Notes: generated by a model from the letters alone, not told the origin. Positions 53,358 through 63,132 are shown, counted from the first letter of the stretch. The stretch: 64,000 nt of DNA from an uncultured Candidatus Saccharibacteria bacterium (GCA_964505635.1 CAZDIP010000001.1:222412-286411); one strand, 5' to 3'. Translations and numbers: made by a program.

Positions 53358-54875
53358 ATGGTTCGTACCCGCTTCGCTCCCTCACCAACCGGTTTCGTAC
53401 ACATTGGCAGCTTAAGAACTGCCTTATTTTCCTATTTATTTGCTAGGCATAACCATGGCAAACACCTGTTGCGGATTGAGGACACTGACCAAAATCGCTA
53501 CGTTAAGGGTGCGGTGGAAAATTTACTCAAGGTAATGAGCCGGGTGGGTATTGAATTTGATGAGGGTTATTATTTAAACTCAAAAGGAGAACTGGAAGAA
53601 AAAGGGGGATATGCCCCTTATTTGCAATCCAAACGTCTAAGCATTTACCAAACAGCCGCCCAAAAATTAATTGCTGAAAAGAAGGCTTATTATTGCTTTT
53701 GCAGCCAAGAACGCCTAGATGAATTGCGCAAAGAACAGATGGCTTTAAAAAAACCAGCCATGTATGACCGCCTTTGCCGTAATTTAACCCCTGCTCAGAT
53801 AGAATCCAAGCTTAAAGAAATGCGAGATCAAAAAAAATCTCCGGTAATCCGTTTTGCCATTCCTTTGGAGGGCGAAACTACAGTAAATGATCTGATTTAT
53901 GGAAAAATTACCTATGATCACAAAGTTTTGGATGACCAAGTAATTATAAAATCAGACGGCTTTCCAACCTATCACTTAGCAGTAGTAGTAGACGACCACG
54001 AAATGCAAATTTCCCATGTTATCCGCGGCGAAGAATGGTTGCCCTCTACCCCCAAACACATTTTAATTTACAAGGCTTTTGGCTGGCAGCCCACAGCCTT
54101 TGCCCACTTGCCTTTAATTTTAAACTCTGACAAGTCCAAACTTTCCAAAAGACAGGGTGATGTAGCGGTTGAAGATTTTTTAGCCGACGGTTATTTAAAA
54201 GAAGCCTTAATAAACTTTGTCGCTTTTTTGGGTTGGAACCCAAAAACTTCGCAGGAAATTTTTAGCATTGAGCAGCTGGTTGAAGAATTTGACTTAAGCA
54301 AGGTTAACAAATCTGGGGCAGTATTTGATACAAACAAACTGGACTGGCTAAACAGCCAATACATTAGACAAATGGGTATTGCCGAGCTCACGAATTTGCT
54401 TCTGCCTTTTTGGCAAAAATATTGGACTGAAAAAAATATTATTTTTGATAAAACAGCCTTAACGCACAAATATTTTGAAAAGATTGCGGAATTAGAAAAA
54501 GACAGATTAAAAAAACTTTCTGAAATAGGGGAGAGTACCGAGTATTTTTTTGTTTTGCCTGATTATTTAAACGAGCTTCTGGTTTGGAAAAAATCAAACC
54601 GTGAAAAAACAAAAGAAATTTTAGATCAACTAATTAAAATGTTTAGCGGTTTTGAATTAAAAAATTTTAATAAGAAAGTTTTGGAGCCAAAATTAAAAGA
54701 ATTTATTGTTGAAAAAAATTTAGATAACGGTTCGGTTTTGTGGCCTCTCAGAGTCGCCCTTACGGGCCTAGAAAAAAGTCCGGGTCCTTTTGAAGTGGCG
54801 GAGGTTTTAGCCTTTGGTTTGGGAAAAGAAGAAATACTTTCCCGCTTAAATATGGCCATAAAAAAATTACAATAA
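53358..54875 (+). CDS. gltX: Glutamate--tRNA ligase
   Basis: RTRFAPSPTGFVHIGSLRTALF (HIGH) and KLSKR (KMSKS). ATG at 53358 is preferred over the TTG at 53346. Confidence 0.95.
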   Translation: MVRTRFAPSPTGFVHIGSLRTALFSYLFARHNHGKHLLRIEDTDQNRYVKGAVENLLKVMSRVGIEFDEGYYLNSKGELEEKGGYAPYLQSKRLSIYQTAAQKLIAEKKAYYCFCSQERLDELRKEQMALKKPAMYDRLCRNLTPAQIESKLKEMRDQKKSPVIRFAIPLEGETTVNDLIYGKITYDHKVLDDQVIIKSDGFPTYHLAVVVDDHEMQISHVIRGEEWLPSTPKHILIYKAFGWQPTAFAHLPLILNSDKSKLSKRQGDVAVEDFLADGYLKEALINFVAFLGWNPKTSQEIFSIEQLVEEFDLSKVNKSGAVFDTNKLDWLNSQYIRQMGIAELTNLLLPFWQKYWTEKNIIFDKTALTHKYFEKIAELEKDRLKKLSEIGESTEYFFVLPDYLNELLVWKKSNREKTKEILDQLIKMFSGFELKNFNKKVLEPKLKEFIVEKNLDNGSVLWPLRVALTGLEKSPGPFEVAEVLAFGLGKEEILSRLNMAIKKLQ

Positions 54876-54935
54876 CTTGCGAAGTTGCTGAGTTAAATAA
54901 TCGCGTAGAAATTTTTGCATAAAAACCCCGAATTA

Positions 54936-54944
54936 TGGTATAAT
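54936..54944 (+). promoter_or_regulatory. Extended -10 box placed for a leaderless transcript
   Basis: TGgTATAAT ends 7 nt before the ATG at 54952. Confidence 0.5.
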
Positions 54945-54951
54945 TTTTGTA

Positions 54952-56322
54952 ATGTTTTCTTTTTCTGAAACAAAAATTTTAAGACAAAAGCCCGAGTCCG
55001 ACAAAAAAAAACTTTTGGGCGTGCTTTTGTTTTTTATAATGATATTCTTTGGCTCCAACCTGCTGGTTTTAGCTCAACAAGAATCGCCGACAGCGGAAAA
55101 AAATACGCCTGATCCCAATGTAGAAAAGCTTAACAGCCAAAGGGATCAAAACCAAAAAAAGTTGGAAGAGCTGAACAAACAAATTAAAAATTTTACCCAG
55201 CAAATTCAGGAAACTCAAAAAAAATCCAGCTCCCTGCAAAATGAATTGTTTATTTATGAAAGACAGATAGCCACCACACAATTGCAAATTGAAGCTAAAC
55301 AAACCCAAATAGAAGACACCGGATTGCAAATTACTGAGCTACAAAAACTTATAGAACAACGCTCCAGCGACATAGCGGAAAACAAAAAAATTCTGGCTCA
55401 ACTAATAATCCAATTAAACGAGTTTGATGCGGCTTATGGACTTAAAGCCACGATCGGTTCAGATAATTTGTCAGATTTCCTGGATCAAATACAATATACA
55501 CAAAACTTTCAGGAAAAAATTTACCAGCTTGTCCAGCGAATCAAAGAAATAAAAGCGCGCCTGGAAAAACAACAAGCTGAACTTAAAATTCATTTAGAAA
55601 ATTTAAAGGAGCTGCAAAATCAGCTGGAGATCGCCAAGGAATCTTTAAACGTTCAAAGAAGTCAAAAGCAACAGCTTTTAAACCAAACACGCGGGGTGGA
55701 ACGTAACTTTCAAAAACTTTTGGCTGCAAGCAAAAAAGAACAGGACGACCTGCAGAAAGAAATTGCGGATTTGGACGCCCAAATCAGAGAAAAGCTGGGT
55801 AAAAAAACTATTGCTGCTCAAAAAGGAGTCTTAGCCTGGCCAATGGATGGTATTCTTACTCAAAAATACGGAAATACCGGATTTACTGCTTTAGGCTATA
55901 ACTTTCATAATGGAATTGACGTAGCGGCCCCGGCGGCTCAGCCTATATACGCCGCTGCGGATGGTGAAATTATTAACACAGACTCCAGTAACCAATCATT
56001 CGGCAATTGGGTAGCTATTATACACTATATTTCCACAAAAAAAGGCTCAAGTCAAATTATAACTATGTATGCTCAAATGCGAAGCTTTAGAGTCATGGTT
56101 GGACAAGAGGTATCCCAGGGTGACTTAATTGGCTACGAAGGCAATACCGGAAATACCACGCGTAAATTATACGGCCCAGAAAGAGGGTATCATATTCATT
56201 TCGGCGTGTACGATGCGGAGGGTTTCGGCGTAAATCCCGGTAAATATTCAAACATTTACGGGGCCTATAAAGTGCCTTATGGCTATACTTATAACCCCAT
56301 GGACTTTCTGGGCAGCGAATAA
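54952..56322 (+). CDS. M23 (LytM) peptidase with long N-terminal coiled coil (EnvC-like)
   Basis: TM anchor, about 250 aa of Gln/Glu/Lys heptad-rich sequence, then HNGIDVAAP..D and HIHFGVY metal ligands. Confidence 0.85.
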   Translation: MFSFSETKILRQKPESDKKKLLGVLLFFIMIFFGSNLLVLAQQESPTAEKNTPDPNVEKLNSQRDQNQKKLEELNKQIKNFTQQIQETQKKSSSLQNELFIYERQIATTQLQIEAKQTQIEDTGLQITELQKLIEQRSSDIAENKKILAQLIIQLNEFDAAYGLKATIGSDNLSDFLDQIQYTQNFQEKIYQLVQRIKEIKARLEKQQAELKIHLENLKELQNQLEIAKESLNVQRSQKQQLLNQTRGVERNFQKLLAASKKEQDDLQKEIADLDAQIREKLGKKTIAAQKGVLAWPMDGILTQKYGNTGFTALGYNFHNGIDVAAPAAQPIYAAADGEIINTDSSNQSFGNWVAIIHYISTKKGSSQIITMYAQMRSFRVMVGQEVSQGDLIGYEGNTGNTTRKLYGPERGYHIHFGVYDAEGFGVNPGKYSNIYGAYKVPYGYTYNPMDFLGSE

Positions 56323-56327
56323 AAAAC

Positions 56328-57386
56328 ATGAAAACTAAAATAAAAAAATATTTTCTTATTATCAGTCTTTTGCAACTTTGTTTGGTTTGGGCTAATTTTG
56401 CCTTCGCTCAAACAGGCGCCACGGACGATGCCGACTCACCCGACTACCGTCAATTTAAAGTGGAAGAGAGCATAAAAAAATATTTATGCACCCCTTCGGA
56501 AGCCAACGTAACACAACCCGGTTATAACGATTTATACCCCGATAACGCCCAAAACCAAGCCAGCGGAGATTTATACAACTGTATTAATCGTCTATATAAA
56601 TTTGCCATTGCCATTGGCACGAGCATTGGGGTATTTTTTATAGTTTTAGCAGGCTATGTTTATATTGATGCGGGCGGAAACGAAGAATCAATAACAAAAG
56701 CTAAAAGTATCTTAACCAGTACTATTGCGGCCATGGTTATTTTATTTTCAGGTTATATTTTACTTAAAGCTATTAACCCTGAGTTAGTACAATTTAAACC
56801 TATCCAACCTAAAAGCATTCTAAACCTTACCGTGCCGACGGAAAGCCAAAATACAAACAACCAATACTCCACGCCGCTTAGCAATAACTTAAAAGAAGCG
56901 GCTCAAAAAATTTTAAACTTAGATGGCAAAGGCATAAATATAAATAAAACATCATGCGATTGTACAAACAACTGCCCAATTAACACCCTTCAAAGCATAG
57001 CAGCCGGCAATCTACCGCAAAAAGACGGCAGTGGCAGCAGTTGCAATACAGGAAAAGTTTCTGACGTAAGCCTAAGCATGCTAAATGCTATTTTATACGC
57101 CCAAAGCCTGGGTTCTAATTTTAATTTAGGTTCCATAACCGGTGGGCACCACAGTCAAGACAGTCTTCATTACCAGGGCAAAGCTTTGGACGTTACCCCA
57201 ATACCGCAAGTTAGTAATGAGCAATCAAAATTAGTTGCAGCCCTCAGATCCAGCGGAGCAAAAATAATAGCTTTGGAATGCTTGTTAAATGGTTCTAACC
57301 AATATTTAATTTTTGGTAAAGACGTAAATGATTCAGACCCAAGATGCATGGGCAAACCAAATTACCATATACACGCCTCTTGGTAA
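56328..57386 (+). CDS. Secreted/membrane protein: VirB2/TrbC-pilin-like two-TM hairpin + C-terminal M15 (VanY-like, LAS) zinc peptidase motifs
   Basis: Signal peptide ending AFAQ. TM hairpin (FAIAIGTSIGVFFIVLAGYVYI / TIAAMVILFSGYILLKAI). SLHYQGKALD matches SxHxxGxAxD, and HIH matches HxH. Confidence 0.5.
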   Translation: MKTKIKKYFLIISLLQLCLVWANFAFAQTGATDDADSPDYRQFKVEESIKKYLCTPSEANVTQPGYNDLYPDNAQNQASGDLYNCINRLYKFAIAIGTSIGVFFIVLAGYVYIDAGGNEESITKAKSILTSTIAAMVILFSGYILLKAINPELVQFKPIQPKSILNLTVPTESQNTNNQYSTPLSNNLKEAAQKILNLDGKGININKTSCDCTNNCPINTLQSIAAGNLPQKDGSGSSCNTGKVSDVSLSMLNAILYAQSLGSNFNLGSITGGHHSQDSLHYQGKALDVTPIPQVSNEQSKLVAALRSSGAKIIALECLLNGSNQYLIFGKDVNDSDPRCMGKPNYHIHASW

Positions 57387-57430
57387 CAAGCTAATCTCAT
57401 TTACCCATATAGCTTTAATGTTAAATATAT

Positions 57431-57454
57431 ACCGACCCTTTTAGGGTCGGTTTT
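57431..57454 (+). terminator. Rho-independent terminator
   Basis: ACCGACCC-TTTTA-GGGTCGGT stem followed by TTTT. Confidence 0.7.
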
Positions 57455-57838
57455 AATTTAAAAGAAAACTCCCCTGTTTAATCTACCAAAAAGGGGAGAG
57501 CAATACACATATGCGATTATTTATTTAATTTGTACTTTTAAATTTGCACGATAAAGAATTTTAAAAAGTAAATACTTATTATTTACTTTAATAACTAAAA
57601 CTAAAATAGGTGGTATTCATAAAACTGATAAATAATAATATCAATTAAAAAAGTTTAAGTTGCTTAATAGGCGAATGCTTATCTTAATTATAAGCACATT
57701 GATACCAGTTAATATGACAAGAGTAAAATCTTTATATTATATTCTATGTCGCACAAGGTACATTGTGCGACATAATAGATATTTCAAAATTTGCTTTTCC
57801 CCACCCAGCTTTGTTTAGCTGGACTTTACTTCACCTTA

Positions 57839-59038
57839 TTAAATACTTCTAAAATTTCTGAGTTTTATAACCAACTCCCTTAAAACTAAAAGCACATAAT
57901 CCAGTTCAGCTTTTTTTGTAAATCTACCTAAAGTAATCCTGATTGAAGAATTAGCTTGCTGCGTAGTTTTTCCAATTGCTGTTAAAACGTGAGATGGATC
58001 CTTAGATTCAGAATCGCAAGCGCTTTTAGTACCAATGCTTATTCCGCTTGCATCAAAATATATCTGCAAGGCCTCCCCTTCAACACCTACTATGCTAAAA
58101 TTTATATTATTTGGAAGCCTTAAAACTCCAGGCCCATTTAAACTCACTCCGTTAATGCCTGAAATTTGTTTTATAAAATAATCCCGCAACTTGTACAAAC
58201 GGTAATTTTCTTTATCGCGGTTTATTTGAGCCAATCTAAGGGCTTCAACAAGTCCCACAATACCCGCCACGTTTTCAGTACCGCTGCGAAAACCTCTTTC
58301 CTGTCCCCCTCCAAAAATTATAGGATTTAAATTTAATCCGTTCCTTACAAATAAAAAGCCAGATTGTTTTGGACCATAAATTTTGCTCCCATTGACTGAC
58401 ATTAAATCAACATTGAGCTTTTGGGCATTTAAATCCAAATACCCTGCCGCCTGACATGCATCGGTATGAAAAGCCACAGGAATCATTTTATTTTTATTAC
58501 GACGGCTGTTCTCTATATTAATTATTTTTCCTATTTCAAGAATCGGTAAAATAGTTCCGATCTCATTATTTGCATACATGACTGACACCAAAAAGGTGTC
58601 TTTTCGCAAAGCGTTTTTTACCTGTAAGGCGCTGACAAAACCAAATTTATCAGGTTGCAAATAAGTAACCTTTAAACCCTGTCTCTCCAACTCTTCGCAA
58701 GGCTCTAAAACCGAGCTATGTTCAGTTTTAGTAGTTACAATGTGTCCCCCTTTCCCGCCAAGGAAATTTTTAGCCAGTCCAAATATTGCCAAGTTATTAC
58801 TCTCTGTTCCGCCCGCGGTAAAAATTATTTCTTCCGACCTGCAGTTTAAAATTTTTGAGGTTTTTTCACGCGCTAAATTTATCGCGTCCCTGGCCTCTCT
58901 CCCCTGCGCATATAAAGCGGAAGGGTTCCCATACTGCTTTTTTAAGAATGGAAGCATGGTTTTAAAAACATTTTCATCCAGTGGCGTCGCAGCAGCGTTG
59001 TCTAAATAAATCTCTCTTTTTATATTACTTAGTTTCAT
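57839..59038 (-). CDS. Cysteine desulfurase (class V aminotransferase, NifS/IscS-like)
   Basis: YLDNAATTPLD start, PLP-Lys context SVNGSKIYGP, active-site loop GTKSACDS. Confidence 0.9.
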   Translation of the reverse strand: MKLSNIKREIYLDNAAATPLDENVFKTMLPFLKKQYGNPSALYAQGREARDAINLAREKTSKILNCRSEEIIFTAGGTESNNLAIFGLAKNFLGGKGGHIVTTKTEHSSVLEPCEELERQGLKVTYLQPDKFGFVSALQVKNALRKDTFLVSVMYANNEIGTILPILEIGKIINIENSRRNKNKMIPVAFHTDACQAAGYLDLNAQKLNVDLMSVNGSKIYGPKQSGFLFVRNGLNLNPIIFGGGQERGFRSGTENVAGIVGLVEALRLAQINRDKENYRLYKLRDYFIKQISGINGVSLNGPGVLRLPNNINFSIVGVEGEALQIYFDASGISIGTKSACDSESKDPSHVLTAIGKTTQQANSSIRITLGRFTKKAELDYVLLVLRELVIKLRNFRSI

Positions 59039-59128
59039 GTTATTTAAAATGCGCCGAATAAATAAGGCGCGAAGGTAAGTTTTTAATACTAACTTATATA
59101 ACCGATCCAGTCAACCTCATTTGACCAG

Positions 59129-59542
59129 TTAGCGGCCGGATTTACGGAATCCGGCAGCCACAGCCTCTGTCTCAGTTTTAAAACACTGTTCCGGCTTAAC
59201 TGTTTTATAAAATGCCCCTCCCTGCACATGATATATTTTTCCCCCGGAAGATGAAATATTGCCCTTAACAACACATTCGGTTCCCGAAGTTATTAAAGAT
59301 TCCATGCTGCTGGAAGCTGTACCTAAAACCTTATTATCTACTGTTGTTTCTTGCTGTTCTGAAGTTTTTGCCTTTAAGCTTTGATTTGTGTTATAATTAT
59401 TAAGTAAAGAAGGTTTGTTCCGTCTTGTTTTTTCATAGCTGCCGACCCCGTAACCGACTAAAAAAACTACTACAAAACCGGCAATTATCGCCGCTTTGTT
59501 TTTATTTTCAATTATCCACTCTCTACATTCCAAATAAGTCAT
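59129..59542 (-). CDS. Hypothetical membrane-anchored protein
   Basis: One TM helix. C-terminal GKIYHVQGGAFY...CFKTETEAVAAGFRKS motif recurs in secreted bacterial proteins; I could not name the family. Confidence 0.35.
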   Translation of the reverse strand: MTYLECREWIIENKNKAAIIAGFVVVFLVGYGVGSYEKTRRNKPSLLNNYNTNQSLKAKTSEQQETTVDNKVLGTASSSMESLITSGTECVVKGNISSSGGKIYHVQGGAFYKTVKPEQCFKTETEAVAAGFRKSGR

Positions 59543-59590
59543 CGCTGATATTATATCACTTATTTATATCAAAAAGCTAAAACATAAATA

Positions 59591-60931
59591 ATGCAATACG
59601 CTTTTATTTTAGGGAGGGTTTACACATTATCCGTTGCCGAAATTATTGCGGTAATGGAAAAAACAGATCCGACTTTAGGTTTGGATGGTTCGCCTATTCA
59701 AATAATTGAGGCTTCAGAAGAAGTGCTAATTATAGAAACACAGAAGCCTCTACAAGCAGAGAAAATACAAAAAAGGCTTGGAGGCGTTATTAAAATTCTA
59801 GAAGTTGTTGATGTTTTAAAAAAACGCGACGGCGACTCAATTAATTTTACCCTTAAACACTATTTCAAACCCAGTGTTTTAAAAAAAAGTTTTCTTAAAG
59901 AATATAAAGGAAAAATTCAAATCGGGCTAAGCGTTTACCTGCTGGACATGGATTTGGCCAAACGCTCCCCTATCCTAAAATTTGAACAAAATAAAAAAGA
60001 AGTTACTGCTTTTGGCGAACCAAAACGCATTGGCATGATGATAAAAAAAACCTTAACCGAAGGGGGTTTTAGCGTAAGACTGGTTTTGCCAGAATTTAAT
60101 TCCCTGTCCTTAGCCTCCGTATCTGTAACAAAAAATTTACTTTTACAAAAGGGGGCGGAAATTTGTATTTTAGCCGGAAAAGATAAAGTCTACACGGCCA
60201 AGACATTAATAGTTCAAGATTTTGAAGACTATGGCCGCAGAGATTACCAGAGGCCAGCCAGGGACGAAAAACAAGGCATGATTCCACCAAAAGTCGCTCA
60301 AATTATGATTAATCTTTCCGGTTGCAAAAATTCAGATACCATCTTAGATCCTTTCTGCGGTATTGGCACAATTATTCAGGAAGGTTTGCTGTTGGGTTTT
60401 CGCATGATTGGTTCGGACATTAACAAAAAGGCAATTAAAGGAAGCGAACAAAATCTGGAATGGTTCCGTAATCGCTATAAGATTGCCCCAGGAAAATACG
60501 GAGTGGAAACTTGCGATGCCACTGAGGTAGCGGCACTTATTGAAAAATCCGGGACCTTTGTAAACGCAATAGTTACCGAATGCACTTTAGGTCCGCTATA
60601 TAGCGAGTACCCATCAAAAACCGAAGTTGAACATAATTTTGTTAGCTTAACAGAACTTTACAAAAAAAGCTTTGTGGAATTTTCAAAGTTCCTTCCCCAA
60701 AAAGCCAGGATAGTCATGTGCATACCGGCTTACAAAAAAACCCGCACAGATTACGAGATGATAAATAATCTTGACTTTTTCGAAGAATTAGGTTATACTT
60801 TTATAGATTTAATTCCTCAAAAATTCTCCAAGCAATTTAAATTTTTGCGTTTAACGGAAAGGCAAACCGCCGTTTATGACCGCAAAGACCAGATTGTTGC
60901 CAGGGAAATAGTAATTTTAGAAAAGAATTAA
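59591..60931 (+). CDS. Putative RNA (guanine-N2)-methyltransferase-like SAM enzyme (UPF0020/Trm11/RlmL-type)
   Basis: ILDPFCGIGTIIQEG motif I preceded by IPPKVAQIMINLSG. The N-terminal domain is unassigned. Confidence 0.55.
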   Translation: MQYAFILGRVYTLSVAEIIAVMEKTDPTLGLDGSPIQIIEASEEVLIIETQKPLQAEKIQKRLGGVIKILEVVDVLKKRDGDSINFTLKHYFKPSVLKKSFLKEYKGKIQIGLSVYLLDMDLAKRSPILKFEQNKKEVTAFGEPKRIGMMIKKTLTEGGFSVRLVLPEFNSLSLASVSVTKNLLLQKGAEICILAGKDKVYTAKTLIVQDFEDYGRRDYQRPARDEKQGMIPPKVAQIMINLSGCKNSDTILDPFCGIGTIIQEGLLLGFRMIGSDINKKAIKGSEQNLEWFRNRYKIAPGKYGVETCDATEVAALIEKSGTFVNAIVTECTLGPLYSEYPSKTEVEHNFVSLTELYKKSFVEFSKFLPQKARIVMCIPAYKKTRTDYEMINNLDFFEELGYTFIDLIPQKFSKQFKFLRLTERQTAVYDRKDQIVAREIVILEKN

Positions 60932-61026
60932 ATCTGTTTAAAAGATATACAAATAACAAGTAATGTATAACTAATAACGGTTATAAATTATCACTTATAG
61001 GTTATTAGTTTTTAACGGAGTAAACA

Positions 61027-61308
61027 ATGGCTCATAAAAAAGCAGGCGGTAGTACTAGTTTAGGCCGCGACTCAGTTTCCAAACGCCTGGGTGTAAAAAT
61101 TTTCGGCAACCAGGTTATAAAAAAAGGCCAAATTATCGTTCGTCAACACGGTAGCAAATTCCATGCCGGTAAGAACGTAAAAATGGGCGGCGATTCAACG
61201 CTTTATGCGTTAACCGATGGCAAAGTCAGTTTTCAAAAAAAACAAGTCAAAAAATTCCATGGCAACCTCAGAACAACTCGCATAGTCAATATTGTTCCTC
61301 AGAAGTAA
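61027..61308 (+). CDS. rpmA: 50S ribosomal protein L27
   Basis: [16 protein letters not shown] start. SD GGAG upstream. Confidence 0.95.
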   Translation: MAHKKAGGSTSLGRDSVSKRLGVKIFGNQVIKKGQIIVRQHGSKFHAGKNVKMGGDSTLYALTDGKVSFQKKQVKKFHGNLRTTRIVNIVPQK

Positions 61309-61327
61309 AGATTGCCTATATCAACAA

Positions 61328-61360
61328 TTTTAAAGGCTCACATGGAGTGAGCCTTTAAAA
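61328..61360. terminator. Bidirectional terminator hairpin, copy 2 of the 33-nt repeat
   Basis: TTTTAAAGGCTCAC-ATGGA-GTGAGCCTTTAAAA between convergent rpmA and pyrG. Confidence 0.75.
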
Positions 61361-63043
61361 TTACTTTGATTTTTGCAATTTTGATATTGCCTTTATGAAT
61401 CCGTTAAAAAGCGGATGCGGATTCAGAGGCCGGGACTGAAATTCTGGATGAAACTGGCTCCCAACAAAAAATGGATGATTTTGAATTTCAATTATTTCCA
61501 CCAACTTACCGTCCGGCGTAGTACCGGCGATTATTAACCCGGCTTTTACCATACGCTCCCGGTAAGCATTATTAAATTCATAACGATGGCGATGCCGTTC
61601 AGAAATTTTGGCTTTGCCGGTTTTTTGTATTAAGCCGGAATGCAGATAAAGTTTTTCTGTCAAAGTCCCCCTGCCAATCACACAGTCCCAGGCTCCAAGG
61701 CGCATGGTTGCCCCATATTCCCTGTTTAAAAGCTTTTTTTCCTGATCAGGCATAATGTGGATTACCGGATGCGGATTATCGTCGTCCACTTCCGTGGTAT
61801 TCGCGCCTTTAAGGCCCGCCACATTTCTGGCAAATTCTATAGTCGCCATCTGCATCCCATAACATAAACCTAAATATGGGACTTTATTCTCCCTAGCATA
61901 TTTTATGGTTTCCACCATCCCTTCCGTTCCCCTTTTGCCAAAGCCTCCTGGTACTACAATGCCGTCATAACCTTTTAAAATGGCTTTAGCGCCCTGTTTT
62001 TCCACCTTTACCGAGTCTATCCAGGTTAAAACCGGCTTCACCTTATTGGCCCAAGCCGCGTGCTTTATGGATTCTATAACCGAAACATAGGAATCAGACA
62101 ATTGAAATTTTCCTACACCAAAATATTTCCCAACCACCGCTATTTTTACTTCCTTCTTTACTGTTTTTATTGTCCTGACCAATTTTTTCCAATCTTTTAA
62201 ATCTTTTTTCCTGGGCTTAAACCCAAATTTTTCCAAAATCAACTCCCCTGCCCTTTGATTTTCCAAAATAACCGGTACTTCGTATATGCTAAAGACGTCG
62301 GGATTAGAAAGGACGTATTTTTTATCCACGTTGCAAAACAAAGCCACGCGCTCTTTACGCCTGTCGTCAATTGGAACGCTGCTGCGGCCGACAATTATGT
62401 CCGGCTCAATTCCCATACTGTTTAAAACTCTCACTGACTGCTGCACGGGCTTGGACTTCATTTCACCCAAATAAGAAGGAATTGGCAAATAAGCCACATG
62501 AATGTGCACAACCGCGTTTGGATCTCTTAGCTTCATAATTCTAGTCGCTTCAAAAAATATTCCGTTCTGGTACTCCCCTACCGTACCGCCCAGTTCCACT
62601 AAGCAAAAATCATACCCCTTGCCCGCGGCCTGCCAACGTCGGATAATCTCATCTGTAACATGAGGGATGGCTTCCACATCTTCCCCGCCGTATTCAAAAG
62701 CCCTCTCTTTACGCAAGACTTCAGCATAAATCTGCCCTGTGGTCACATAATTAGCACGTTTTATGGGTTCGCCAATAAAACGCTCATAATGCCCTAAGTC
62801 CTGGTCGGTTTCAATCCCGTCGGTGGTTACAAACACCTCCCCGTGTTCCTGAGGCCGTATAGTGCCGGCATCCTGATTTAAATACATATCTACCTTTACC
62901 GCGCTAACCCTGTAGCCCTTAGCTTTTAAAATCGCGCCCATAGAGGCTGAGGTAATGCCTTTGCCAATGCCGGAAATAACCCCGCCGGAGATAAAAATAA
63001 ATTTGGTGTTTTGATTTTTTTTTGATTGTACTTGGTGAGGCAT
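61361..63043 (-). CDS. pyrG: CTP synthase
   Basis: KFIFISGGVISGIGKGITSASMG start and C-terminal glutaminase (GLCYGMQ, HRHRYE). Confidence 0.95.
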   Translation of the reverse strand: MPHQVQSKKNQNTKFIFISGGVISGIGKGITSASMGAILKAKGYRVSAVKVDMYLNQDAGTIRPQEHGEVFVTTDGIETDQDLGHYERFIGEPIKRANYVTTGQIYAEVLRKERAFEYGGEDVEAIPHVTDEIIRRWQAAGKGYDFCLVELGGTVGEYQNGIFFEATRIMKLRDPNAVVHIHVAYLPIPSYLGEMKSKPVQQSVRVLNSMGIEPDIIVGRSSVPIDDRRKERVALFCNVDKKYVLSNPDVFSIYEVPVILENQRAGELILEKFGFKPRKKDLKDWKKLVRTIKTVKKEVKIAVVGKYFGVGKFQLSDSYVSVIESIKHAAWANKVKPVLTWIDSVKVEKQGAKAILKGYDGIVVPGGFGKRGTEGMVETIKYARENKVPYLGLCYGMQMATIEFARNVAGLKGANTTEVDDDNPHPVIHIMPDQEKKLLNREYGATMRLGAWDCVIGRGTLTEKLYLHSGLIQKTGKAKISERHRHRYEFNNAYRERMVKAGLIIAGTTPDGKLVEIIEIQNHPFFVGSQFHPEFQSRPLNPHPLFNGFIKAISKLQKSK

Positions 63044-63132
63044 AAAACTCTTTAATATTCGAGCTTGTCGAGAATCTAAAAATTTTAAACTTCCCGACTC
63101 TCCGCTCAGGCGGATCGCTTGAAAAATAATAA

